A stretch of 64,000 bases of DNA from Octopus vulgaris (GCA_951406725.2 OX597815.1:159836001-159900000), one strand, 5' to 3'; positions 24,641 to 38,889 are shown, counted from the first letter of the stretch. The notes: generated by a model from the letters alone, not told the origin. Numbers and translations: made by a program.

Positions 24641-25383
24641 CACTCAGAAAGCACATGCATATTATACACACATACATTGTTCATATGTGTGTGGGTATTT
24701 TTAATATTACTTTTCACATAGAATGTGTGAGAGAGCTTCTTATATCATCTTTGCTATTAGATTCTTTACAATAAGCAACAAAATTTGTTGAATTCATTTA
24801 ATCATCCCAGCAGAGTATAGTTTAACCTTTAACATTTTAGATAAAGAACCCTTTGTGCTATATTTTTCTGCTTTTCTATAATATTATAAAAAGTTGATCT
24901 GTGAAACGCAATATGTCATAAGAACTCATCCTTATGGCTTTGTCAAATTCTTCAACCAGAAAATTGAAGTTCCTTTTACTATTTAGATTTTTTTTTCGAA
25001 ATTATCATCACCAGCATCATCATCATCATCATCATTATTATTCCATCATCTGCATAAAAATTGTAGTATTTGCTCTAGAGAAAATTAATATTTCTCCAAT
25101 TCACTTTCGCTCGTCTTTATTTTTCACTTCATTACTTGTGGTGAATGAAAAGGAATAGAAAGAAACGTCTTCCGTTTTCTCAAAGCTGCATATGTTCACC
25201 CACCCACCCGCCCCACATGCACACCTTCATACATATGCAGACTATGAAAGTGCACATATATGTACTACAGATGTGCACAACCAAAAGATAAAGAAAAAGG
25301 ATATGTATGTGATAGTGTGTGTGTGTCTCTGTGTGTGTATACACACACACATGCATATATACTTACATACATGTATATTCATG

Positions 25384-26011
<628 letters not shown>

Positions 26012-27418
26012 TAAACATATATATACACTAAACAGCGAAATGTCAAGTGAATAACAAATTTTCATTTTAGTTTGTGTTAAAAAGGCATATTGTGTATGTA
26101 TGTGACTGTATGTTCTTTTGTGTATGTATATGTATATATATGAATACACACGCACACATTACAATCCTCCTCATCATATATATATATATATATATATATA
26201 AGAAGTATGTGTGCACAAAATGAACTTTGTAAACATGCTGTCAGTATGTTATTGCTGTTGTGAATGACTTGTATTTAGATGAATACAAGTATTTAGCTGC
26301 AGGACTCTTTCTATTTGAATCGATAAATATATTTGTCCAGTTACCTTTTATCTTGTGTCAAGGAGCAAATTTCATTAAACCCTTCTATCCATTCACACTC
26401 ACACACACACACATACATGCACACACACATATACATACATACATGGATGTGAAAACTATAATACTATTCATAAAAGCAAATATAATGTCCACATTCAAAA
26501 CTGCACACCTTCTCATGTATGTGCTGGTGTGTTTTCATGTAAAAGTCGAATGAAATCACTGAAAATTTGTAAATTATTAGGTATGTCTGTTTATTGTGAT
26601 TGGCAGAATCAGTAGTTGGCCACAGTACGTCAAACATACGCACATGTCTATATATGTATGTATGTGTGTGTTTGTCTGTGTGTGTCTGTATATGTCTTTA
26701 TGTATTCTGCTATCATCCTTTAATATCCATCTTCCATGCTTGACCAGAGCTGGCAAGTAGGTGCACAGTACCCGGTTCCAGTCTGATTTGGCCTGGTTTC
26801 TTTGGCTAAATGTCCTTCCTAATGCCAACCACTTCACAGAGTGTGCTTTTTACATGGTAACAGCACAGGTGTGCATACATGACACTGGCACAGGTATAAT
26901 TACGTGGCCCCAGCATGTGTGCTTTTTACATATATATATATATATGTATTCTTGCCTTAGTATGAGTGTGTGTGTATATGTGTATATATCATCATCATCA
27001 TCATTTACCATCCATTTTCCCTGCTGAGATGAGTTGGATGGTTTGATAGGATCTTGTGAGTCACTGGGCTAACCAAGTTCTAATGTCAGATTTAGCATGG
27101 TTTATCTAGCTGGATGCCTTTCCTAATGCCAACCACTTTACAGAGTGTATTGGGTGCTTTTTATGTGGCACCAGCACTAGTGGTGTTGCTAAATGACTTG
27201 CAGGGCAAAAAAAGAATAGGGAAAAAGAGAAAAAGGAAAACCCCCACTACTAAGTATAGGGAGTAATTGAAAGGGATAGGTGACTTTATATTAGGTGTTG
27301 AATGGCTAAAGTATGATAGAGGGACAAACATAGGTGCCTTGCTATAAAGAAGATACCTGGCTATCCCACATTATATGAAGATGAGAGTAGTTAGGACAGA
27401 GATGAAAGAAGGTAATGA

Positions 27419-28562
27419 TGGAATATATGAGGTGATACTGAAAAATTCCTGTTTCCAGAATCTCAGTTACACTGTAATGATCTACAAAGTACTGAATATT
27501 TCCGGTCATCCCAGTTCTTTGTCATCTGATTCTTGAAGTCATTAGATCGCCCTTCACAAATTTGTCTCATGTCTTCCTAGGTCTCCCCCTTCTATGGGCT
27601 CTATCAAACCTTCAGTGATCAGCACTTCTCTTTAGCTGTCCTCATCTTTATGCATGCAGTCTTCTTTCTTGCATGCAACATCTAATCCCTCTTATGCCCA
27701 GTGTATCTCTCTAAACATTTGTACTTTGTTGTTGATGCACACTCTACATTGCATGTCCACCAAAGCATATAATGTTTTTGACTGAAGCAAATATTATTTA
27801 TTAAAAATGAAAATGGGCCTGATAAAGCCTTCTGGCTTCACAGACCCCAGTAGAACCGTCCAACCCATGCTAGCATGGAAAACGGACGCTAAACGATGAT
27901 GATGATGATGATGATGATGATGAAGACTTTAATTCTTCAACCAGTCTAGGTCATTTTGGGGGGCAATATTAGGATTTCATAAGGCGGTGAGCTGGCAGAA
28001 ATATTAGCATGCCTGGCAAAATGCTTAGTCTTTACATTCTGTCTTTACATCATGAGTTCCAATGTACTAACTGTTTCATTTCTGTTTTACTTTGAATGAA
28101 ATTACTGCAAGTATTTCTTAGACTTTAGCAGAAACGAAAAAAAAGAAGTACGAAAAATTATACAAATTAGATATTAAAGTAATTCAAATAATTTTTCTTA
28201 ACTATAATATTTGATTAAAAATTCAGATATTTAAGTATTTTTATGAATAAATAATGAAAAACAATTTCTAAAAATGGTTCAATTTTGGAAAAAATATTGA
28301 ATGTTTAAGCTATTGAGGACACTGGCATAGCTGTGTGGTTAAGAAGCTCACTTCAAAATTGTTGTTTTGAGTTCAGCCTGACAATATAACACCTGTATCC
28401 TGTGCCTTAGTTTTTGGGTAACCATTGCCTTGTGAAAGAATTCAAATTAATAGACCCTGGAATATATGAGGTGATACTGAAAAATTCCTGTTTCCAGAAT
28501 CTCAGATACACTGTAATGATCTACAAAGTACCGTATATTTCCAGTCATCCCAGTTCTTTGTC
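27419..28562 (+). repeat. 105-bp direct repeat pair
   Basis: 27419-27523 and 28458-28562, with 4 mismatches counted by eye. Confidence 0.9.
27530..27770 (-). mobile_element. RTE LINE 3' ORF relic
   Basis: Minus strand contains GGGAGACCTAGGAAGACATGA (GRPRKT with a decayed W); similar to 59155-59340. Confidence 0.6.
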
Positions 28563-28759
28563 TATGTGTGTCTATCCATGAGGGATGGCTGAACTGAATT
28601 TAGCCTATCAAGCAAAAACTCTTTTAGCCTGAGTAACACTCCTTTATGCTAAGGTGGACTTAGTTAATAAAGTTCCTATACTATCAATAAAATATACAAG
28701 ATCACCTCCTCCGATGCCCCTTCCTCCCTTGAAAGCATTTGTTTTGTTTTTTTTCCTGT

Positions 28760-29065
28760 CTTGCAAGTACTTGGTGACTCTGTCAGTGCAGGTGCCTCTT
28801 AAAAGCACCTAGTCCACACTATAAAGTGGTTGGTGTTAGGAAGGGCGTCCAGCAGTAAAAACCTTGTCACAACTGACCTTTCCAGTGCTTGTGCCATGCA
28901 AACAGCCATAAATTCACTCTGCTGAGTGGTTGGTGTTAGGAAGGGCATCCTGCTGTAAAAATCCTGCCAAAACGGTCACAGAAATCAGGTGCAGGCTTCT
29001 GCCTGGCCAGTTTTTGTAAAACTGTCCCACCCATGCTAGCATGGAAGGTGGACATTAAACAATGA
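28760..29065 (+). mobile_element. RTE-derived non-autonomous element (family D) with duplicated motif
   Basis: Two gtggttggtgttaggaagggc motifs, then ccatgctagcatggaa...gacattaaac. Confidence 0.75.
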
Positions 29066-29124
29066 AAGTTCTTGGGTATCAATATGACTAAAAATCATTA
29101 CACTCAGTGTTTGCCTTTTACATT

Positions 29125-29517
29125 TTATTTCAATCATTAGACTGTGGCCATACTGCAGCACTGCCTTGTAGAATTTTAGTCAAACAAATTGACCCCAGTA
29201 CTTCTTTTTTAAAAATATCCTGGTACTTATTCTCTCGGTCTCTTTTGCCAGACCACTAAGTTACTTAGACATAAACACACCAATACCAGTTGGCAAGCAA
29301 TAATGGGGGACAAACAGAGATACACGCACATATTTATGTATTTATAAATAGATATAAATATAATAGGAGCTTCTTTCTGTTTCCATCTATCAAATCTGCT
29401 CACAATGCCTTGCTTGGTCTATGGTAGGAGAAACCTGCTCAAGGTGATATTCAGTGGGACTGAACCTTGAACCATGTGGTTCAGAAGCAAACTTCTTACT
29501 CCACAGCCACACCTGTA
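29125..29517 (-). mobile_element. CORE-type SINE (family B)
   Basis: Reverse-complement head and body motifs. Confidence 0.8.
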
Positions 29518-29708
29518 CTTATTGTATATATGTATTCCGTACCTCTCTCTTTTGTTTGTATGTCTAAACATTTCGAAGTGTGTGTGTGTGTGTGCATATG
29601 GTTTACAAATAGGACAAAATGTTTAAAAATAAAGCAAAGACTACTTAATACATGTTGTAAACTTTATTTGTTTATTTGGGACTAATGATTTTCTTTGTTA
29701 TTACTCAG

Positions 29709-29735
29709 GGTTTCTCACTTTGTACCATCTTTCAG
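29709..29735 (+). CDS. Candidate 27-nt microexon, phase 1-1: (G)FLTLYHLS
   Basis: Branch ACTAAT at 29681, acceptor ttttctttgttattactcAG, donor CAG|gtgact. Confidence 0.2.
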
Positions 29736-30179
29736 GTGACTCCATATAGCAAGAAATCCTGAATAGCAGCAGAGTAAATCATTAACTTCAAAGGAATATG
29801 TGTGTGTGTGTAAGTGTGTGTGTGTGTGTATGTGCAACAATGCCTCTGCATTATGGCACGATTGCATTTCTGAAAGCTTTGATATGCTGGGAGAATTCTG
29901 CAATGCAAAACCTATTTTCCTATTAACTTCCATGTTATGAATTGCATTAGATTTCTACAGAATTTTTGCAGGAGAAAAAAAAAAAAAATGAGACAAGCAT
30001 ATTACCACTTCTGTAACCCTATCCAGAATTTCCATGAATTAGAGTTTACTTGTTTTGTTCTTTTATACACATATGTGGTAGGGAGGAGATCTAGCTGTGA
30101 GATGGAAAACTTTCAAATTTAAAAACCCCTTCTCCCCTTTTGTTGACTGAATTGACTGACTCTGACAAAGAGAAGAAAA

Positions 30180-30578
30180 TCTTTATATATAAAAGAGAGG
30201 TTGTGTGTCTGTCTCCTACGATTTAGATTCCTAACTACTCCCACATTTTGCGGTGCAGTTTAACCAAAACTGGGTATCTTATAGTCGTGATTCATATCGA
30301 GCCCTTCTGAGTATTAGCGCGTGTCTACGATGAGTCTACGATTTAAAAAAAAAATTTACCATCATTTTTTTTCCATTTTAATGCATTTTTTCGCTATTAT
30401 ATAAGGGAAGTAACTCTCTAAAAATGTCTACGATGTGTCAACGATTTAAAAAAAAATTTACCATAATTTTTTTCCATTTTTAATGCATTTTTTTGCTATT
30501 TTTTGGCTATAACTCTCTAAAAATGCTTATATAGTTATTTCCCTTACAAACCTGAGCAACGCCGGGCGATACTGCTAG
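30180..30578 (+). mobile_element. Non-autonomous Helitron
   Basis: 5' end A|TCTTTATATATAAAAG; 3' GC-rich subterminal tract cctgagcaacgccggg then CTAG|T; no TSD; internal tandem duplication of about 100 nt. Confidence 0.85.
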
Positions 30579-30594
30579 TTTTAATATAAAACTT

Positions 30595-30730
30595 CTGACA
30601 GATGTACTTACCTGTTGCCTTAATCTTTTCTTGTCACTGGGATTTGGTAGTGTTGCTTACAGAGTGGTTTTTATATTGTCCAAACATCTGTCACTGGAAT
30701 CTCTTATGCACAGGTACTTTCAAACACCTG
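30595..30730 (-). mobile_element. R4/Dong-like 5' ORF fragment
   Basis: Minus strand gcaacaggtaagtacatctgtcagaag resembles acagcaggtaagtatacatttcag, which precedes the 9654 relic. Confidence 0.5.
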
Positions 30731-30935
30731 TGACCGCGTGTGTTCCGTTAGCGATTTTTTTTCCTCTGTCTTCCCTTCTCTGGATCTTTCCTTTTCCTAT
30801 GTTTCTGACAAAGAGCTCCACTCGAAACGTTAAACTCTCCTTCTTCCCTTCCTTCCTGAGCATCCAATAATACTATATTTGTTCCACGTCCTCACGTTGT
30901 TGTGTTTTCTCTTTGTGTTTTCATGTTTGGATTAT
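30730..30935 (+). mobile_element. Penelope-like pLTR fragment containing a minimal hammerhead
   Basis: Pyrimidine-rich element with a hammerhead motif at 30801-30835. Confidence 0.65.
30801..30835 (+). ncRNA. Minimal type I hammerhead ribozyme, one core mutation
   Basis: gttt-CTGACAA-A-GAG-ctcca-CTC-GAAA-C-GTT-aaac: stem I gttt/aaac, stem II GAG/CTC, palindromic AACGTT stem III; CTGACAA replaces CTGANGA. Confidence 0.65.
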
Positions 30936-30956
30936 CTTATATAATGTTATATAATC

Positions 30957-31263
30957 AGGGTGCGATGGGTAAATTGTCATCATTTTATATTTTTAATTTC
31001 ATGCATGTGCATTTTTTGTTTTGAATTTTGTCGATTTCACAGTATGGTAGGATCAGTTGGGCACCATCTGTGAGAAAAAAAGACACCATGATGCAATTCA
31101 CTCTGCCAGAAATTTGGAAACAACATGCCGTACTACTTGGCATTTGCACTAGAAGCTCCATACAAACATTTCGGTGTTTGGGTGTCAATCTGAAGGCAGT
31201 GCTGAGGATTTGGGAAGAGTTGGATGAGTCTAATGATTACAAAGGTACAGCAGCTTGGAAAAG
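30957..31263 (+). mobile_element. Tc1/mariner-superfamily 5' fragment (TIR plus transposase N-terminus)
   Basis: CAGGGTGCGATGGGTAAATTG terminus; MQFTLPEIWKQHAVLLGI...CLGVNLKAVLRIWEELDES resembles an HTH region. Confidence 0.6.
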
Positions 31264-31269
31264 TCAGCT

Positions 31270-31600
31270 TCATCATCATCATTTAATGACCACATTCCAT
31301 GCTACCATGGGTTGGACAATTTGACTGAGGTCTGGCAAACCAGATTGCTGCACCAGACTCCAATCTGATCTGGCAGAGTTTCTAAGCTGGATGCCCTTCC
31401 TAACACCAACCACTCTGAGAGTGTAGCAGGTGCTTTTATGTGCCACTGGCACAAGGACCAACCAGGTGGTACTGGCAATGGCCACGCTCAAATGGTGCTT
31501 TTTATGTGCCACCTGCACAGGAACCAGTCCAGAGGCACTGGCAACGACCTCGCTCAAATGTTTGTTTCATGTGCCACCAGCACAAGTGCCAGTAAGGCGA
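31270..31600 (-). mobile_element. RTE-derived non-autonomous element (family D)
   Basis: (CAT)n tail and family D motifs. Confidence 0.85.
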
Positions 31601-31604
31601 CGCA

Positions 31605-31641
<37 letters not shown>

Positions 31642-31732
31642 TATGTGTTGAATTAGGTACTTAATTTGAAGCACCAAGTCAGTCTGGTATTATACACACA
31701 CCTCGAAGATGAATAAAATCAAAATATTTTGG

Positions 31733-31774
<42 letters not shown>

Positions 31775-34097
31775 TTATATATATAAATAAATATGTATAC
31801 ATATATATATATATATACACACATACATACACACACACAAAAAGAAAAAGGGTGTTAGCTTCTTTATGGTCATCCATTCTGCTGGAAATAGCACCCAAAT
31901 CTCATTTAAATCACAAGAACTAAACATATTAGATGATATATTCCTCTATGCACAGAAAAATACAAAACAAGCAATGGCTGAAATGCCTTTGATGGCAGCT
32001 GAGACCAACCAGGCTTGACATAAGTTAAACAACCACAGCAGTATCAAATACTGAATTTTTATAATTTGATCTTTACAATGTCATCTGAGCAATCATTTCT
32101 TTTTTTTTTTTATTATATATATAATAACATAAAAGTATAGCTTGTGGCTTTGTTTTTTTTACTCTTTTTTTTCTTTTTCTGCTTAAAGCCTGCAGACATG
32201 TTGACACCACCTGCACTGGCTTCCATCAATTATATCGAGGATTTTGTCTAGTACTCTTTCTATCAATCTTGTTCAGGATGAATGACACAAAGTCTGACTT
32301 GGCATAAAGAGGATGCATATCAAATGAAACTCAATACTAAAGGCTATTTTTTGCTTGATGTAGCTATTTTCATTGATTTGCTGGCCACAAAAATATGCAT
32401 AAAATATGATATATGTATATATAAAATTTAAACCCTGTATGATATTTATCTCTCACTGATTGTAGTACTTTTTTTTTGATGATCCAATAAATAACAAAAC
32501 TACTTTATACACACACATACATGCACACACATAAAATGACATCTTCCCTTTACTTGTGAATGTAATATTGTTTTGCTTTTTTTATTTTCATCACTGTCAA
32601 ACTTGCCTTCAAGGTTGTGGCAACACTGTGATGTTGTCTTGCTTGTGTGAGGTGACAACCAAATAATTTATTGCAATATATCGTTTATAAGGTTCTTGGT
32701 CAATAACACATTTATTAGTTTACTGTTGGAATATAAAAGCCACACCCCTTGTCCACTTGGGTACATCATTACTTTTAAAATGATAGCTGATTGACTGTAT
32801 TGTAAATTAATCTTTTCCCACAATCAGTAAAACTTCTTTATAAATATCTTTTCATGGAATTTAAAGCAAAATTTTCACAGATCAGTTTTACCTGTCAGTT
32901 GTCCAAAGTGCCTGATGAAATGGCCTGGTTATGTAATCATCATGTAATTCATTAATGAACAACTAAATAACCATGCTATGGAAATATATATAGCATAATT
33001 TGAACAGCATCTCCACTCTATTCACACACACACATGCACACACACGCACACATATACACACTTATCATCATTACTTAGCATCAATGTTCTATGCTGACAT
33101 GAGTTGGAGGTTTCAACAGGATCCAGTGGATCAAAGATTGCATTGTGCTCCAATGTTTTGACATATTTTCTGTTGCAGGATGTCCCTTTCTAACACCAAT
33201 CACTTTACAGTGTGTATTGAGTGATTTTTTTTTCTGTGACACTAATGGTAGTGAGTTTGCTATGCAGCTTTCAAGACTTAGTTCCTTTTCAACTGAGTGG
33301 GGCAGGGGAACAGGAAGTGTGATTGGATAGAGGCTGTAAGAGTGAATGATAGAGTGAGAGATGGTGAGGGGTGTATATAAGGAAAAACAGGTGTTGAAGG
33401 ATGATTAGTAGGAAAGGTAGGGAAGAGTAGGTGACAACTGTAGAAAATGGGTAAGTATGAGGAGTGGATAGTGGATAAGGCAGTGGGGTGACTAATAGTA
33501 CATGAGGAGATGGTGGAGTGAAAATAGAAAAAGAGGTTTGAAAAACAGTAGAATAATAATTGTACCACAGTAGATAGAAAGAAGAAAGAGAGAGTGAGAG
33601 AGAAGTGACGTGTGTATGTGGATGTATTCAAGTGATACTGCAAAATTTCTGTATATCAAATTGCACTAACGAGGTGTTGGTCAATGATCAATCAGAGACT
33701 CTGGGATTTTTTTCTTTAAGTATCATGAAGTGAGTTCAAATCTACAAACATAATAGTTGCAATATGAAGTTCTTAACCCACCACCATGCCACATGAGGAA
33801 ATTCTTTTTGTTTTATTAATTCTATGTGTAAATTAGTTCTTTATTTGATATAGATTGTTAGGCAAATTAACAGCGATGCATTTTTGTTTAAATCTCCTTC
33901 ACTATGGTGTGAAAGCATGAGCAAACATAATTACTTTGAACTTGTAAATAGCATCATTGCTAGAGTAGTGATAGAAAATATTCAATGTGTTTGTAATGAA
34001 TAGTTGTTAAAGAGAAGAATAAGCTGTCAGTGATTCTAAAATCTTAAGATTGATATCTATTGCTAAATTGATAATTTCTTGAGTTTGACAAGTAAAT

Positions 34098-34099
34098 AC

Positions 34100-34185
<86 letters not shown>

Positions 34186-34361
34186 ATATATATATGTATA
34201 TATATATATTGTGTGTGTATATATATATGTATATATATGTGTGTATATATATATGTATATATATATATGTGTATATATATATATGTATATATATGTGTAT
34301 ATATATATATATATGTATGTATATATATGTGTATATATGTATATATACATATATATATGTA

Positions 34362-34458
<97 letters not shown>
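34098..34458. repeat. (TA)n/(TATG) microsatellite
   Basis: Directly visible. Confidence 0.95.
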
Positions 34459-34460
<2 letters not shown>

Positions 34461-35603
34461 CTAGCATCGCTTGGAAATAGTTTAATCATAATTGTTTGAA
34501 AGCTTCCAAAACTATCGTTCCATCAACCATTGTCACTTGAAACAAAGTGGAGATTTGTTTTTTTTTTTTTTTTTTTTAAATAAGTGAAAAATGAAAAACG
34601 TGTAGAGAATGCTTATCTTAAGGCTGAAATCTAATAATATGAAGGAAGGGACAAACATAGAATTCTCTATTTATATGTAGCTTGAATATTGCACAGATAT
34701 GTTTGTTACGGAGAGGTAAAAATATAAGATACATGAAAGCTTGAATACTTTCACTGGATGTTAGCTGTACTTCATCTCATAATTGAATCTACATCCAAAT
34801 TATATTTCCATTATCTAGTCTCTCTCATTGGTGTCATTTCAGCTGCAGTGTTCCATCCTCACCATCTATGCTATTGCTACTGCTATGTGCTTTTATCATA
34901 GCTGTATCTCTTTAATTATATTTTTTAGAAGTAGTGTACAGTGCTTTGACAAATCAACAAGATATTTTGTAAAATAAAATATAGCTTTCTATAATATTGC
35001 CACAGACCTTTAGTTTTCAAGAAAGAATGCACACACAAGCTCATAGTAAAAATATTATCTTCAGTATATCTTACCAACATATATTTTTATTGACTTGGAA
35101 ATAATAAAAAGCAAATTATGTGTTTTAATTATGCTGACCATTCACCTGCTCATATGTGCAAGCTTGGCTAAAAGTTTTTATGGAAGATAAGCAGTTGCTC
35201 AAGCATGCATGTCTCCATGCTACAAATCTTTATCCAAGAGAAAGGCCATGAGTTTATGGCCAATACAGTTTGGCACTAGTACCATTGTAAGTGTTGCTTT
35301 CTAACATTGACACAAACCCACAGTTTGGGGAAAGTGTACACCATCATCATAATCATTTTTATCATCATTATCTTCATAATTTTTATCATCACCATCATTT
35401 GCATTCATATTCCATGCTGGCATGAGTTATACAGTTTGACAAGATCTGACAGGTCAGTGGGCTGTGTTGAGTTCTATTGTCTACTTTGGTTTCTGTGGCC
35501 AAACATGTCTTCACAGGTAAAAAAGGAACACTACTTGCATGATAATAATATTCATGTACAATGATACACACACACACACACACACACAAACACATGCACA
35601 CAA

Positions 35604-35850
35604 AGTTTTGTTAATAAATGTTTTAAGGAGAATCTAGATAAACTGGGATTTTCAGAAAGAGAAATCGACCAGCTAATTCGTATATTACAAGTGCAATCTG
35701 TGAGTGGAACAGTAAAAATATACAAGACTTTTCTCAAGTTCCAAATGTGAATTTGTCTGTGTTAACTACATCCCAAAGATGGAGCCTTGTATCTTTGTTG
35801 GAAACTAGCTCCCTCTTCAGTGGAAGATTTATAATAATGAAAAAAATAGA
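35604..35850 (+). mobile_element. 3' end of an R4/Dong-like (RLE) non-LTR retrotransposon
   Basis: 35604-35750 translates SFVNKCFKENLDKLGFSEREIDQLIRILQVQSVSGTVKIYKTFLKFQM*, a C-terminus of the LQ....GT.KI type, followed by a short UTR and an A-rich end. Confidence 0.7.
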
Positions 35851-36477
35851 AGTATACATACATATGCACATACATACATACTTACATATGTACAATGGGC
35901 TTCTTTCAGTTTTTGTCTACCAAATCCACTTGCAAGGCTTTGGTTGGCCTGGAGGCTATAGTAGAAGAGACACTTTCCCAAAGTGCCAAGCATAGGAATG
36001 GAACCTGAAACCATGTTGTTGGGAATCAAACTTCTTACCACACAGCCAGCCTGCTCAAGTCTGGCTTGTTAACAATGCTTCCAGTTTTCCACCTTAGTCA
36101 TTTGCATAATAATGGTTTCAAGTTTTGACTGAGGGCCAACAATTTCCAGGAAGGGGTTAAGTCAATTACATTGACCCCAGTTTTCAACTGCTACTTATTT
36201 TATTGACCTCCAAAAGGATGACAGTAAAAGTCAACCTCGGTGGAATCTGAAGGCTTGTATAGATTGCTTAACATCCAGCTATATAGCCTTGCCTCTATAA
36301 GTTTTGTTCAACCCTTATCAGCTTGGAGGGAAAAGTAGAGACAGAAATGATGAAATGATGATGTCAATGACTACACAACAATAGAGTGGATAACAGGATT
36401 AGTAAACATCGTTTTTATATCTGATTTGCAAGATTCTTTATGTGAATTTGTGTTATGAAATAAATTTTCTTGTCTAG

Positions 36478-36546
36478 GGAGAGTCATTATGCCAATATTG
36501 CCACAATTATACTAGAAACCATTGTTATGAGCCAATGTTGGATCCT
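36478..36546 (+). other. Candidate 69-nt cassette exon
   Basis: Acceptor aaattttcttgtctAG, donor CCT|GTAAGT; open in phase 0 and phase 2. Confidence 0.2.
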
Positions 36547-36947
36547 GTAAGTTGTCTCACAACCTGTCTCAAAGATCTTTCAAAAATCACATCCTCCAAT
36601 TTCAACAAAGGGACACATTAGTTTATATAATTCTAGATATATTGTTTGAAGAGAAGTAAAAAGGAACATCTGTTCAATCAAGGCTAACCTGAGGTTAAAT
36701 AAAACCATCAACATCATTATTATTATTATCCCATTTCAAAAATCTTTTTTATTTATTTGTTTGTTGTTTTCCATAGAGATGACAGGCAACATTAGTCAGT
36801 CTGTATTTTGGAAGGATCCTGACCACTCCCATATGACTAAAAGTGGATTGACTCATTTCATAGCATAGAGAACTATCAGATTGACTGCTGGCATTTGACA
36901 GTGAGCAGTTGACAGCATTGATCCTTCATATTGGGCTACTGTATTAG

Positions 36948-37178
36948 TTTAACCCTTTCAATACCAGACTGCCTGAAACCACCTCTGTCTCTATACTAAA
37001 AATATCTTGTTTTCATAAGTTTTGAATTAAAATCTTCCACCAAACCTTAATCACAATTTATATTCCTAACACCAGCCTAATGATAACTAAGTTACTTTAC
37101 TAAATTCTTTGTTATATTTAAAATTAATTGAAAGAAACACAGAGCATCTCAATAGAAATATGGTAACAAAAGGTTTAA
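36948..37178. mobile_element. piggyBac-type MITE, second family
   Basis: TTAA-CCCTTTCAATACCA...TGGTAACAAAAGGT-TTAA. Confidence 0.75.
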
Positions 37179-37400
37179 TATTGTACCTATGTTTGGCATA
37201 GTATGGAGTATGTTCTGCATGAACATATTAATTCTGCAAAAGGTTATTCTAGATAACCATATCCAAATATTTATTTGGGTAATACTATTCCTACACCCTT
37301 TTGCACACCCCAACATCATCATAACCTTATTGTTGAGGAGATATTCAAACTGCCAAAAACATAACAGTCTGTGATAAAGTCTCCCATCTTTTGTATAGAG

Positions 37401-37656
37401 CAGTGGTTCTCAACCAGGGTTCATGTGACCCTTCGGGGTCCTTAAAGGATTTTGTTAAAAATTTTATGTGCAGTAAATTGGTTATTCTTCTATAATTCAC
37501 AAAATATTTTAACAACTTTTTTTATACACTTCCTAATAATATTTTAATTATTAGAATAATATTAAGATTTTTTAAACATTGGGTGGCTATGAGGGTACAG
37601 TGGAGTAAAATAGAAACCAAAGGGGTCTATAGATAAAAAATGGTTGAGAACCTCTG
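37401..37656. mobile_element. hAT (Charlie-like) MITE
   Basis: TIRs CAGTGGTTCTCAACC and GGTTGAGAACCTCTG. Confidence 0.75.
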
Positions 37657-38889
37657 TAAAAGAACAATGTATTACAATCACTAGTTACAGTTATCTCTAC
37701 AGATATTCTATAGAAATTATAGCCAACACCGATTTTAGTTATGACGTTTCATATCAGAGATGTCAAATTACAACGTATATATTGAATTCTTGCATTATTT
37801 ATTTCTAAATTAAGGCAGTGAGCTGGCAGAATCATTACAGCGCCCAGACAAAATGCTTAGGGACATTTCTTCTGGCTTTATGTTCTGAGTTCAAATGCTA
37901 CTGAGGTCGATTTTGCTTTCATCCTTTCGGGATCAATAAAATAAGCACCAGTCAAGCACTGTGGTCGATGATATTGACTCCCCACTTTTCCTAAAATTGC
38001 TGGCCTTGTGCCAAAATTTGAAATCATTATTAATTTCTAAGTTAGATACAAGGCTTCAAATTTGGGCAAAAGGACAGTCAATATAATTTACTTGGGTACT
38101 TGTCTGATACGTTATTTCATTGACCCGAGTTGAATTAAAGGCAAGGTTTGATTTGGTGGGATTTGAACTCACAATATAAATGGATGCAATTAAATACTGT
38201 GATGAATCTTGTCTAATGTTTTACCAATTCTGCCATCAACCCTCATCATAATGTTAGTTTACACCAGATCATTTCCAACCAGATAAACCTTTGATCAACA
38301 ACACCCAGTTCACATGCAGAACTACATTATTTAATATATTCTTTCATATTTTTTTCTTAATATGACTGGGTATAATTTGAGTAAAATTTAGCTGCTATTT
38401 CTACCAAGGCAAGTAACTATGTTGAGGCTCCCTTCATTAGCTTGCTTACAATATTATGTTATGTCTGTCCTTTTTACAATTTGAAGCACTGAAACTAAAT
38501 AAAATATCCATAGCTTCTACAAATTATTCTAGGTATGGTATTTTATCTCGTTTACTAATGTAAATGATGTAAATAACTATTTCAAAGTTAACTTTTCAAA
38601 GTGTTTTCTCAAAAGTTTCTTACTCAAAATACAGAATAATTGATTTAAGAAATTCATGTATTAGATGTTTAATAGTTATGATCAAATTTACTTCTTCAAT
38701 TTACTGTGACTCATTCAATTTATTACTTGAAATGTTAGAGTCAGTCTGAAATCTATTTTCACTTTGATAAAGTCAATAAAATAATGCGAAAATTCTGGTA
38801 CTGAGAAAGGAGAAAAAAAAAAAAAGAAACACTTTGCTTAATTATCATCCTTTTGAGTGACTAGTAAAAAGTTGTTTTGCTTTTTCTAG

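Noticed and set aside
30663-30713. 51-nt AG...GT segment open in all three frames
   Set aside because: Lies antisense within the R4/Dong fragment and the acceptor is poor.
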